64,000 nt of DNA from a virus (Duplodnaviria > Caudoviricetes), in the IMG/VR virus record IMGVR_UViG_3300028591_000072, positions 192,001 to 256,000 of that record. One strand, written 5' to 3'. The position numbers and the translations under genes are program-made. Shown one piece after another: positions 1 through 9,070 of the stretch. Under the pieces are notes generated by a model that was given only the letters and a program-made list of their open reading frames with translations, was not told the DNA's origin and searched no databases. The first letter of the stretch is position 1, and every line of letters begins with the position of its first letter.

Positions 1-1
1 G

Positions 2-2392
2 ACAACAGCAGATACAAAACAATATTTGCTTGGATTAAATGCTACAGGTGGAACAATTGGCGCTGATACTGTTCATACTAATAAAGATGTGTATGTAAGT
101 GGTAATACACTTTATGCCGGAAATTTAAGCTTTAATGGCGTTTTATTGACAAGTTTTTCATCTTCAGTGCATTCTGCAATTAATAATGCAATTGCAAATG
201 TTTATAATGTAAAAGGGAGCACTGATTCTTATGAAACACTGACAGCTAAAACAAACAACACAAAGGGTGATGTGTGGAATGTTGTTTCTTCACATGGAGA
301 AATTGGAACAAGTGGGTACACTCCGGCTGGAACTAATTACGTATGGGATGGCTCAGGATGGGACCAGCTTGGAGGCACTGTTGATTTGACCGGTTATGCG
401 ACTTCGGCTGACACATATGATTCAATAAATTTTTTATCTGAAGAAATTAATGGGATATATGATGAAATAGATGGGCTTTATCTTACGTATGCGACAAAGG
501 CGGAAGCATCTGAATACGCAGCTGCTGCTCTTGCCAATGCAAATATGCATACTGATGAAGTTTCTGGAGAAACGCTTAATTCGGCATTTGACTATACTGA
601 TGAATTAGCAATTACTGGTGCTGTTATGAGTGATGTTATAACTGAACCGTCAATCGAAAATAATATTTTAACAATTCCTACAGTTGCCGGCAATCAAGGT
701 TATCAAGGGCCGACTGGACCGCAGGGTAACCAAGGTGTACAGGGCTATCAGGGATTGCAAGGCTATCAAGGTAGGCAGGGTTATCAGGGTCCAATAGGTC
801 CACAGGGTAACCAAGGCTATCAAGGTTACCAAGGCATAAATTCAAGATTTTTATACAGATTTACAGATGTATTAAATGCATATAGCGATATGCTTTATGT
901 ACTTGAAAATTCTGATGAAGAAGTACTTGGATTCAATCCCAACCATTTATACTTATATACGGGCGGAGACCAACGTGAAATATCTAGTTACTATGATTTG
1001 GGCTCAGTACTTGGTAGACAAGGACATCAGGGCCCGATAGGGCCACAGGGTAATCAAGGCTATCAAGGAAAAACAGGCCCAGTATTTAATGTGACAACAG
1101 CAGGTACAAAACAATATTTGCTTGGGCTAAATGCTACAGGTGGAACAATTGGCGCTGATACTGTTCATACTAACATGAGATTTTATTTTGAAGATAACAA
1201 ACTTCATTTGGATAATAACTCAGATGTTTACATTAATGGCGGACGTATATTGCTTAAAATTTATAATAGCACTGATGGTGTTGGTTTTTATCCTATTAGC
1301 AATGCGAAATTAGGATTATATGGCTCCGATTACGCATCGCCTGTAATAATTACTAATGTTGACAAACCAAGAGAAGATTATGATGCAGTAAACAAAATTT
1401 ATGTAGATAATTTTTTAGATATACTAAGTGGACATGTACAATTTATTTTAAGTGATTATGCGACTAAGGCAGAATCTTCAGAATACGCAGCTGCTGCTCT
1501 TGCCAATGCAATGGATTATACTGATGATTTGGCAATTACTGGTTCTGTAATGAGTGATACTGCTTCATCTCCTTCAATAACTAATAATGTCTTAACTATT
1601 CCTACTGTTGCCGGTAATCAAGGTTACCAAGGCTATCAAGGTAAAACAGGTCCTGTGTTTGATGTAACAACAGCAGATACAAAACAATATTTGCTTGGAT
1701 TAAATGCTACAGGAGGAACAATTGGCGCTGATACTGTTCATACGAATAGTGACATATATGTTATAGGGAATACGCTATATGGCGGTGAAATAAATGTAAA
1801 TGGTATAAAGTATTCAGACTTGGCGACAAAGGATGATGCATCTGAATATGCGTCTACTGCTTTGGCAAATTCAATTATATATACAGATGAATTGGCTATT
1901 ACTGGCGCTGTAATGAGTTCAGGAACTAGTGTTCCAACAATTGAACGTAACGTTTTAACAATACCAACAATTAATGTTACTACGGCATCAACAATGCATT
2001 ATCTTATTGGTATTAATGGAATAAATACTGAGTTTAATTCAACAAATGTTCATTCTAATACCGGTGTCTATATGACAAATGGTACTATATATTCAGCATC
2101 AGATGAGAATCTTAAAGAGTTTAAGGGGGATATAAGATGTTATTTTGACGAATTGAAAGCAATTCCAAAGAAATATTTTGAATGGAAGAGTGGAGACCCG
2201 CCTGGCTTACAAATAGGAACATCTGCACAGGAACTTGCACGATATTATCCTGAAGTTGTTAGTGTTGATGAAAATGGTGGATATGCTGTTTCATATGAAC
2301 GACTTTCTATTATCGCTCTTGCTGCTGTAGATAAGCTATATGAAAAAATTGTTAAACTTGAAAAAGAAATTGATAATTTAAAAGGTGAGTAA
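2..2392 (+). CDS. Tail fibre protein with collagen-like G-X-Q repeats and C-terminal intramolecular chaperone (Peptidase S74-like); 5' end lies outside the window
   Basis: Frame is open from position 2 (TTADTKQYLL...), so the TTG at 26 is not the real start. GNQGYQGPTGPQ collagen tracts; C-terminal SDENLKE...IGTSAQEL...YPEVV...AVSYERL plus terminal coiled coil is the S74 chaperone pattern. Confidence 0.85.
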   Translation, partial: TTADTKQYLLGLNATGGTIGADTVHTNKDVYVSGNTLYAGNLSFNGVLLTSFSSSVHSAINNAIANVYNVKGSTDSYETLTAKTNNTKGDVWNVVSSHGEIGTSGYTPAGTNYVWDGSGWDQLGGTVDLTGYATSADTYDSINFLSEEINGIYDEIDGLYLTYATKAEASEYAAAALANANMHTDEVSGETLNSAFDYTDELAITGAVMSDVITEPSIENNILTIPTVAGNQGYQGPTGPQGNQGVQGYQGLQGYQGRQGYQGPIGPQGNQGYQGYQGINSRFLYRFTDVLNAYSDMLYVLENSDEEVLGFNPNHLYLYTGGDQREISSYYDLGSVLGRQGHQGPIGPQGNQGYQGKTGPVFNVTTAGTKQYLLGLNATGGTIGADTVHTNMRFYFEDNKLHLDNNSDVYINGGRILLKIYNSTDGVGFYPISNAKLGLYGSDYASPVIITNVDKPREDYDAVNKIYVDNFLDILSGHVQFILSDYATKAESSEYAAAALANAMDYTDDLAITGSVMSDTASSPSITNNVLTIPTVAGNQGYQGYQGKTGPVFDVTTADTKQYLLGLNATGGTIGADTVHTNSDIYVIGNTLYGGEINVNGIKYSDLATKDDASEYASTALANSIIYTDELAITGAVMSSGTSVPTIERNVLTIPTINVTTASTMHYLIGINGINTEFNSTNVHSNTGVYMTNGTIYSASDENLKEFKGDIRCYFDELKAIPKKYFEWKSGDPPGLQIGTSAQELARYYPEVVSVDENGGYAVSYERLSIIALAAVDKLYEKIVKLEKEIDNLKGE

Positions 2393-2404
2393 AAATAAAG
2401 AAGA

Positions 2405-2433
2405 AATGGCCAATCATAAGATTGGCCTTTTTT
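2405..2433 (+). terminator. Rho-independent terminator
   Basis: GGCCAATC-ATAA-GATTGGCC hairpin followed by a T run, just after the fibre gene stop. Confidence 0.8.
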
Positions 2434-2477
2434 ATTTACTATTATGATTTATTTTTTATTTTTTTGGAAAAAAAAAT

Positions 2478-3287
2478 ATGATAAAAAAGACCTTGGTTTT
2501 TTATTGGTACGCATCAAGAATGTATAAGAATGATATTACGTATCCTTTTCATTTGGCTTGTATAAAAAAATATTCATATGCATTTGATAATGCAATTTTT
2601 GTTATATCTGTTGATGATATTAATGATAAAGACTTGGTTTTTGAAACAGAAAATGGCATTATATGCAGTATAGGTGGAATAATTGGGAATATTAAGTTTG
2701 ATGTAATTTTAAATGACAATTTATGCGAGGTTAATGCGTTTGAAAAATATATATTGAAAAACGGGTCATCTGAATCCATGGAATTGTTTTTCTTTGCACA
2801 TACAAAAGGTGCCAGAATAATACATAGTTATCCTGACTATAAAGAAGATTATTTACGCTGGATATTTTCTTTATATTTTTACTGCCTTGAGAAAGATTTT
2901 TTGTATGAAATGCAGCTAAAACTTGTCGGTGGTTTTGGCGGGAATTTACCGGCGTTTTTTGGCCCAATAGGATTTATAAATGAAGACAAACGTGTTTTTT
3001 ATCCTGGTACATTTTATTGGGTTAATATGAATACGATTTATAATGATGAAATTGAAGGAACTGTATCAATTCCAAAAATATCAAATCGTGCATTTTGTGA
3101 AAAATTTCCTTTAATCTATTCTGATGCTTATAAAAAATTGTCTTCTCATAATAATAAGTTTAAGGAGCCTGACGAATCTTGGTATCTTTATAACCATTGT
3201 AATTGGGATGAAATATCTGAGTATTTTGGAGAAAAAGAAAGGTTTTTTAATGAATATAATAAAATTAAAGAAAGTATTGGCTTATGA
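2478..3287 (+). CDS. Putative glycosyltransferase-like protein (HxKG / G-T-F-Y-W family), paralogue of 4285..5103
   Basis: Motifs FFFAHTKG, FYPGTFYWVN and AFCEKFP mirror FFGHCKG, FYSGTFYWLN and YYAEEFP in the paralogue; sits in a sugar-enzyme cluster. Confidence 0.55.
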   Translation: MIKKTLVFYWYASRMYKNDITYPFHLACIKKYSYAFDNAIFVISVDDINDKDLVFETENGIICSIGGIIGNIKFDVILNDNLCEVNAFEKYILKNGSSESMELFFFAHTKGARIIHSYPDYKEDYLRWIFSLYFYCLEKDFLYEMQLKLVGGFGGNLPAFFGPIGFINEDKRVFYPGTFYWVNMNTIYNDEIEGTVSIPKISNRAFCEKFPLIYSDAYKKLSSHNNKFKEPDESWYLYNHCNWDEISEYFGEKERFFNEYNKIKESIGL

Positions 3288-4288
3288 CAAATCATAGTGT
3301 TTTGATTACTGGCGTTGCTGGTTTAATAGGTAGTAGGTTTGCTGATTGGATATTAGAAAACCATCCTGAATATGAGGTTGTTGGTATTGACAATTTGTTT
3401 GGTGGTTATATGGATAATGTTGATGATAGAGTCGTGTTTTATAAGGAAGATTTAAGTACGGACAAAATAGACTACATTTTTGAAAAGCATGGGTTTGAAT
3501 ATGTTTTTCATTTTGCCGCATATGCTCCTGAGGGGCTTTCTCCATTTATGAGGATGTTCAACGATAAGAACAACATGTTATCAACGGACAACATAATTAA
3601 CGAGTGCATTTCTCACGATGTTAAGAGATTGATTTACACATCAAGTATGTCTGTTTATGGATGGGGACGGTTCAAAGGTGAACCATTCGATGAGAATGAT
3701 AGGCCTGAACCGATAGACCCATATGCCGTTTCAAAATACGCTTGTGAAATGAATATCAAAATAGCAGGAGAACAGCACGGGCTTGATTGGTGTATTATCC
3801 GTCCACATAATTGCTATGGTGAAAAGCAGAATATATGGGACAAGTATCGCAATGTCCTTGGGATTTGGATGTATCAGATTTTAAATAATAAGCCAATGCT
3901 GATTTACGGAGATGGCGAACAGACGAGGGCTTTCAGTTATATTGAGGATTGCCTTCCCGCATTTTGGAATGCAGCTGTTTTACCAGAAGCATCAAAAGAG
4001 ATTATTAATGTTGGCGGAGCGAAGGGGTATTCAATTAATGAAGCAGCGGAGTTGCTTTGCAAAATCACAGGGTATGATAATGTTGAGCATAAAGAATCTC
4101 GTCATGAGGTCAAGCATGCTGTTCCAAAGCCTGATAAATCTATTAAGATTCTTGGGTATGAACAAAAAACGACACTTGAAGATGGGTTAAGACAAATGTG
4201 GGAGTGGGCCAAAAAGCAACCAAACAGGCCGCAATACAAGTGGGAAAATTATGAAATAAATAAAGGAATATATAGTTATTGGAAATGA
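3284..4288 (+). CDS. NAD-dependent epimerase/dehydratase (extended SDR; UDP-glucose 4-epimerase-like)
   Basis: VLITGVAGLIG Rossmann motif, DNL, HFAA, TSSMSVYG, catalytic YAVSK, RPHNCYG, YGDGEQTRAFSYIED. Confidence 0.93.
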   Translation: MTNHSVLITGVAGLIGSRFADWILENHPEYEVVGIDNLFGGYMDNVDDRVVFYKEDLSTDKIDYIFEKHGFEYVFHFAAYAPEGLSPFMRMFNDKNNMLSTDNIINECISHDVKRLIYTSSMSVYGWGRFKGEPFDENDRPEPIDPYAVSKYACEMNIKIAGEQHGLDWCIIRPHNCYGEKQNIWDKYRNVLGIWMYQILNNKPMLIYGDGEQTRAFSYIEDCLPAFWNAAVLPEASKEIINVGGAKGYSINEAAELLCKITGYDNVEHKESRHEVKHAVPKPDKSIKILGYEQKTTLEDGLRQMWEWAKKQPNRPQYKWENYEINKGIYSYWK

Positions 4289-5103
4289 AAAAGTTAGTGT
4301 ATCACTTATATGTTCTAGATGGGTTTGATAACAATCCTTTTGCAATTTGCAATAAACTTTGCTTGAAAAATTATATTAATGTATTTGATGATGCTACGTT
4401 TTTTGTATCGGTTGATGACATACACGACATGGCTAGCATAAGAAGTGGTATACGATTTATCGAAGAAGTGTGCGGAAATGTAATTAAACCAAATGTTTTT
4501 GTAGTAAAAAACAATAAAGAACTTGGTGAGGCCACTACGTTTAATACGTGCATATTACCAATGATTGAACTTGGGTTGGAAGATTATGTTTTTTTTGGGC
4601 ATTGTAAAGGAATGACAACAAATAGAGACCACGAATTTACATCATTGTTAAAATGGGTTATTATAATGTATTATTATAATTTGGAATTTATTTATGATGT
4701 ATATGAAAATTTTTATAATGGAAAAATCTTATATGGTAGTAATTTAAGCGATATGTCATTTATTGAAGTGTTTAAATATTTTCCGTCAAAAACTTTTTAT
4801 AGTGGGACATTTTATTGGCTGAACGTAAAGGAAATAAAAAAGTATTATGAAAGCACAAATATTGATATATTTTATGGAAATGATTTGTGGAGATATTATG
4901 CTGAAGAGTTTCCTTTATATTTTTTTAATGAAGTAAAAGGCTCATATAAAAATAATGTAATAACTAATCCTGAAATGAATGATACGTATAAAATGAATGA
5001 AGAATTTTGGAATAGTTATTTATTAAATATTGATGATGAATTGAAATGTGTTCCTTTTATTAATGAAATTATTGATAAGGTAATTAATATAAATAAAAAA
5101 TAA
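4285..5103 (+). CDS. Putative glycosyltransferase-like protein, paralogue of 2478..3287
   Basis: ATG at 4285 overlaps the epimerase stop (ATGA). Shared motifs KKLVYHLY / FD.A.F.VSVDDI.D / FFGHCKG / FYSGTFYWLN. Confidence 0.55.
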   Translation: MKKLVYHLYVLDGFDNNPFAICNKLCLKNYINVFDDATFFVSVDDIHDMASIRSGIRFIEEVCGNVIKPNVFVVKNNKELGEATTFNTCILPMIELGLEDYVFFGHCKGMTTNRDHEFTSLLKWVIIMYYYNLEFIYDVYENFYNGKILYGSNLSDMSFIEVFKYFPSKTFYSGTFYWLNVKEIKKYYESTNIDIFYGNDLWRYYAEEFPLYFFNEVKGSYKNNVITNPEMNDTYKMNEEFWNSYLLNIDDELKCVPFINEIIDKVININKK

Positions 5104-5111
5104 ATGATAAT

Positions 5112-8100
5112 ATGAAAACTATTGGAATATATAATTTTGTTTTTGATGAACGATATATATGGGATGAAACAAATTATGAAATTGGTCGTATTGGTGGGCC
5201 TGAAATTTGGTCAATTGAAGTGTCAAATGAATTCATAAAACGTGGGTATACCGTTTATGTGTTTGGAAATCCCATAAATGAGCATTTGTCTGAAAATGGG
5301 GTTCATTATGTTAAATGTGAAAATTTCAAAAAAACGTGTAATGATGTTAAATTTGATATAATAATCTTAAGCAGGACTGTTGAATGCATTGATGATATTG
5401 TTGGATGTGAAAATGTATACTTAATGGCACATGATACAACAATTGGTGGTAATTTTACTGTTGAAAAATTAGATAGAATAAAAAAGGTTTTTTATAAGAG
5501 TGATTTTCAAAAAGAAATACTTTCAAAAAAGTATATGATTCCTGAAAATAAATTTTATAGGACATTTGAGGCAATTGACCAAGACAGATATGATGAAAAC
5601 TTAAATGTTAAAAAGAAAAACAAAATGCTTTTTTCAAGCGGTACTGACCGTGGAATGAGATATATTGTTGAAAGAATTTTTTATAAGATAAGAAAAGAGG
5701 TTCCTGATTTTGAACTTGATTTGTGTGGGCATTTTTATGGAGATGTTTATCCTGATTTTGTAAAGGCGGACGGAATAAATGTTCTTGGCAACATTAGTCG
5801 TGAAGAATTGATAAAACACCAATGTGAATCTAAAATTTGGATTTATCCGACTCATGGGTATGATTCTGAATATAATAGAAACGATGAAACATTTTGCATT
5901 ACAGCAATAGAAAATGCATATGCTGAAAATGCTTGCATTTTAGGCGATTGGGGGTGTTTTTCATCTACACTTGAAGGGTATGAATATTTTGTGGGCAATA
6001 AATTGTACAATAGCAAAATGGAACCAATGGATTATGATAACCTCGAAGAATTTTCTGACATTTTGGCAAATGAAGCCATAATGTGCCTAAAGAATGACGA
6101 ATATAGGGAAAAAGTTGTTAATTCTTCTAAGAGTGTTGTCAAAAAATATACATGGAAGAATGCTGTTGATGGATTTGAAAGATTGTTTAATGTATATTGT
6201 AAGGATGTAATGGTGTATGTTATGTCATATAAAGATACTCCATATTTAATTCGTGATAATATTCATAAAGTTCTTCAAGTTGGCGCTTCTTTGTCTGAAG
6301 ACAAATTTGGCGATTTATTTGATAATGTTGGTGATAATATTTCAGAAAAAAATAAGTTTTTTCTTGATGCAACAGGAACTTATTGGGTGTGGAAAAACGT
6401 TGAAGATTATGATTATATTGGCGTTGAGGGATATAGGAAGCATTTTGACTTGACAAAGGAACAAATAGTTGAAATATTGTCTGAATACGATTTAATAGCA
6501 ACTTGTGTTAAAAGTAGTTTAAGTATATATGACCATTATCGGAAATTTCATATAATAAATGATTTGAATTTTTGCGAGTCTATTGTTAAAGAAAAATATC
6601 CTGAATTAAGCGAAAAATTTAGTAGATTTTTGAGAAATGAACATAAGATTTATATTGGAGGAAATTTTATAACATCTCATGAAAATTTTAACGAGATTAA
6701 TAGTTTTATATTTGACATTTTGTTCGATATAGAAAAAAAATATGGATTTACAAAATATGAAGATTGGCTTGAATATGCAAAAAAATCAGGACAAAATTCA
6801 ATTCCACCTGACCATAAGAAAAACGGAATGACTTCGGAAGTTTATCAATCAGGGGTTATTGGCTATTTGTATGAAAGGCTATTTACATTCTTTGTTATTG
6901 AAAATTATAATAAAATATATGAAGTTCAGCATGCTAAACTTGATATGATATTTAAACATAATAATATGAAAACATTACTTTGTTGTATAGGAAGACTTGA
7001 AAACAAATATATTCGTGAATATGTAGAATATAATAAGGTACTTGGGTTTACAAATATATGCTTATATGATAACAATAGGGAAGGAGAAGATGATTTCCGT
7101 GATGTAATTGGTGATTACATTGATAGTGGATATGTCATATTGAAGAATTATAGAAATATAACAGAACCTTGCCAATTTAAGGCTTATAATGAATGCTATG
7201 CAGAATATGGCAACAAATATGATTGGATTGCATTTTTGGATATAGATGAATTTATATTTTTGAATAATAATAAGAGTATAAATGAATTTTTGTCTAATCC
7301 GATTTTTGACGGGTTTGATAAAATACATTTAAATTGGCTTTTGTTTGGTGATGGCGATAATTTGTATAATAATGGAAAGCCATTATTGCAAAGAATAACA
7401 ACGCCATTAGATATTAATTTAAAAACAATATATGACTTCCCTGATACTTTCCATATAAAGCCAATTATTAGGGGTGGACTTGGCAAAATAACATATGCAC
7501 AGACTGTTCATACTCCAATTGATAAGGTTAAATGCTGTAATTCGTTTGGTATTGAGTGTGACCCATTATCACCAATAGTTCCTTATGATTTTAGAAATGG
7601 TGGAATACTTCATTTTACAACAAAAACAGCAGAAGAATATGCTGATAAGGTGAATCGTGGCTTTTGTGATGGTAATAAAACAGATAAGAAAACGCTTATT
7701 GAATTGTTCTTTAAAAGAAATAAAGTTACTGCTGATAAAGTTGAATTATTCAAAGAAAAAACAGGAGTTGATGTTAGTTATCTTTTGCCATATGACGGGG
7801 AAAAAAGCGATGATGTAAAAATATATTCATTATGCTACGCAAAGAAAGACTTTAAGTTTATTGACGATAAAGTGATAACTCCGCTTCAGGTTGGTGCTGC
7901 AAACGGAACAAATGTTTGTGAATTGAAAGATAATACTGGCGATAATATTTCTGAATCAAATTATTTTTACATTGAATCAACTGGAACTTATTGGATTTGG
8001 AAAAATGTAAAAGATGCAAAGTATAAAGGCCAAATGCAATATAGAAGGCCGCTTTCTGGTGTTAATGAAACAATGAATTTTGATGAAATATTCAGTAAGT

Positions 8101-8642
8101 ACGATGTAATAACATGTGAGCCGTTTAATCACGTTGAAAATAATAAACCGACAGAAGAACAACCAATGTTTATCCCGGCGAATACTGTTGAAGAGGGGTA
8201 TAAGTTTTCAAACTGTGCTGATGATTTATATATTCTTGAATTGGCTGTCAAATACTATTTTCCTGATTATTCCGATGATTATGATAAATACATAAAAAGA
8301 GGGCAAAATTTGTATTATTCAAATGGCTTTATTATGAGGTCAGAAGATTATGATAAATATTCTGAATTTTTGTTTGGTTGCCTTAATGGATATCTTGCTT
8401 TTGCAAATATTCATTCTCAAGAAGAACTTGTTGAGCATGTTAGATATAATCTTGAGACAGGTAAATATATAAGGTATAATGAAAAGAATCCAATTACAGA
8501 TGCTGGATTTAAATGGCAGACTGAAATAGGTGGATTCTTATCTGAAAGACTTTGGACATTATGGGTTCAACATAATTTCAAGCAAGATAGGATTTATAAA
8601 CTTCCATATATTAAGATGGAACCCGATAATATGTACACCTAA
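5112..8642 (+). CDS. Multidomain glycosyltransferase: GT4 (GT-B) + DUF4422 + GT2/GT92-like (GT-A) + DUF4422
   Basis: GGPE...ETFCITAIE (GT4). Two copies of LQVGA...DN.GDNISE.N..F.E.TGTYW.WKN...YR (DUF4422), each ending in GYLYERL/GFLSERLW. ENKYIREYVEYN...LYDN...Q..AYN...DWIAFLDIDEF (GT2/GT92-type DxD). Confidence 0.85.
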   Translation: MKTIGIYNFVFDERYIWDETNYEIGRIGGPEIWSIEVSNEFIKRGYTVYVFGNPINEHLSENGVHYVKCENFKKTCNDVKFDIIILSRTVECIDDIVGCENVYLMAHDTTIGGNFTVEKLDRIKKVFYKSDFQKEILSKKYMIPENKFYRTFEAIDQDRYDENLNVKKKNKMLFSSGTDRGMRYIVERIFYKIRKEVPDFELDLCGHFYGDVYPDFVKADGINVLGNISREELIKHQCESKIWIYPTHGYDSEYNRNDETFCITAIENAYAENACILGDWGCFSSTLEGYEYFVGNKLYNSKMEPMDYDNLEEFSDILANEAIMCLKNDEYREKVVNSSKSVVKKYTWKNAVDGFERLFNVYCKDVMVYVMSYKDTPYLIRDNIHKVLQVGASLSEDKFGDLFDNVGDNISEKNKFFLDATGTYWVWKNVEDYDYIGVEGYRKHFDLTKEQIVEILSEYDLIATCVKSSLSIYDHYRKFHIINDLNFCESIVKEKYPELSEKFSRFLRNEHKIYIGGNFITSHENFNEINSFIFDILFDIEKKYGFTKYEDWLEYAKKSGQNSIPPDHKKNGMTSEVYQSGVIGYLYERLFTFFVIENYNKIYEVQHAKLDMIFKHNNMKTLLCCIGRLENKYIREYVEYNKVLGFTNICLYDNNREGEDDFRDVIGDYIDSGYVILKNYRNITEPCQFKAYNECYAEYGNKYDWIAFLDIDEFIFLNNNKSINEFLSNPIFDGFDKIHLNWLLFGDGDNLYNNGKPLLQRITTPLDINLKTIYDFPDTFHIKPIIRGGLGKITYAQTVHTPIDKVKCCNSFGIECDPLSPIVPYDFRNGGILHFTTKTAEEYADKVNRGFCDGNKTDKKTLIELFFKRNKVTADKVELFKEKTGVDVSYLLPYDGEKSDDVKIYSLCYAKKDFKFIDDKVITPLQVGAANGTNVCELKDNTGDNISESNYFYIESTGTYWIWKNVKDAKYKGQMQYRRPLSGVNETMNFDEIFSKYDVITCEPFNHVENNKPTEEQPMFIPANTVEEGYKFSNCADDLYILELAVKYYFPDYSDDYDKYIKRGQNLYYSNGFIMRSEDYDKYSEFLFGCLNGYLAFANIHSQEELVEHVRYNLETGKYIRYNEKNPITDAGFKWQTEIGGFLSERLWTLWVQHNFKQDRIYKLPYIKMEPDNMYT

Positions 8643-8656
8643 TAATTTTATTAATT

Positions 8657-8665
8657 ACTATTTAT
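8657..8665 (+). promoter_or_regulatory. Putative late-promoter motif ACTATTTAT
   Basis: Exact 9-mer about 20 nt upstream of the gp25-like gene; recurs upstream of other structural operons. Confidence 0.65.
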
Positions 8666-8684
8666 TTAAGAAAAATATCATGTA

Positions 8685-9068
8685 ATGGGAATTGTTCAAA
8701 GGTATGGCATAAAATATCCGTTTACGTCAGATAATGAAGAAAATATTTTTTTGGATGTAAATAACACAGAAGCAGAAGGTATAAAATCAAAAGTTTTGCA
8801 TGTTATTTTTACTCCAAAAGGTCAAAAAATAAGAGACCCTGAATTTGGTACAGATTTGATAAAATATATTTTTTCACAAAATGATAGTGAAACATTGTCT
8901 GACATAAAAAAAGACATAAGTTCGTCAATAAAGAAATATGTTCCTGAGGTTGAGTTTAAAAACATAAATGTTTATAAAAATGATAGTAATGAAATTATTG
9001 TTACTATTGATTACAGTGTTAAAATTGGTAATAAAGTTGAATCAACAACTGTTGGTGTAAAATTATAA
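8685..9068 (+). CDS. Baseplate wedge protein, gp25/GPW-like
   Basis: GIKYPF...IFTPKGQKIRDPEFGTDLIKYIF...IKKYVPEV pattern, 127 aa, directly upstream of a gp6-like gene. Confidence 0.88.
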   Translation: MGIVQRYGIKYPFTSDNEENIFLDVNNTEAEGIKSKVLHVIFTPKGQKIRDPEFGTDLIKYIFSQNDSETLSDIKKDISSSIKKYVPEVEFKNINVYKNDSNEIIVTIDYSVKIGNKVESTTVGVKL

Positions 9069-9070
9069 AG

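Noticed and set aside
2478-8642. Bacterial chromosomal capsule/LPS locus
   Set aside because: No flippase, polymerase, export or initiating transferase genes; flanked directly by phage fibre and baseplate genes.
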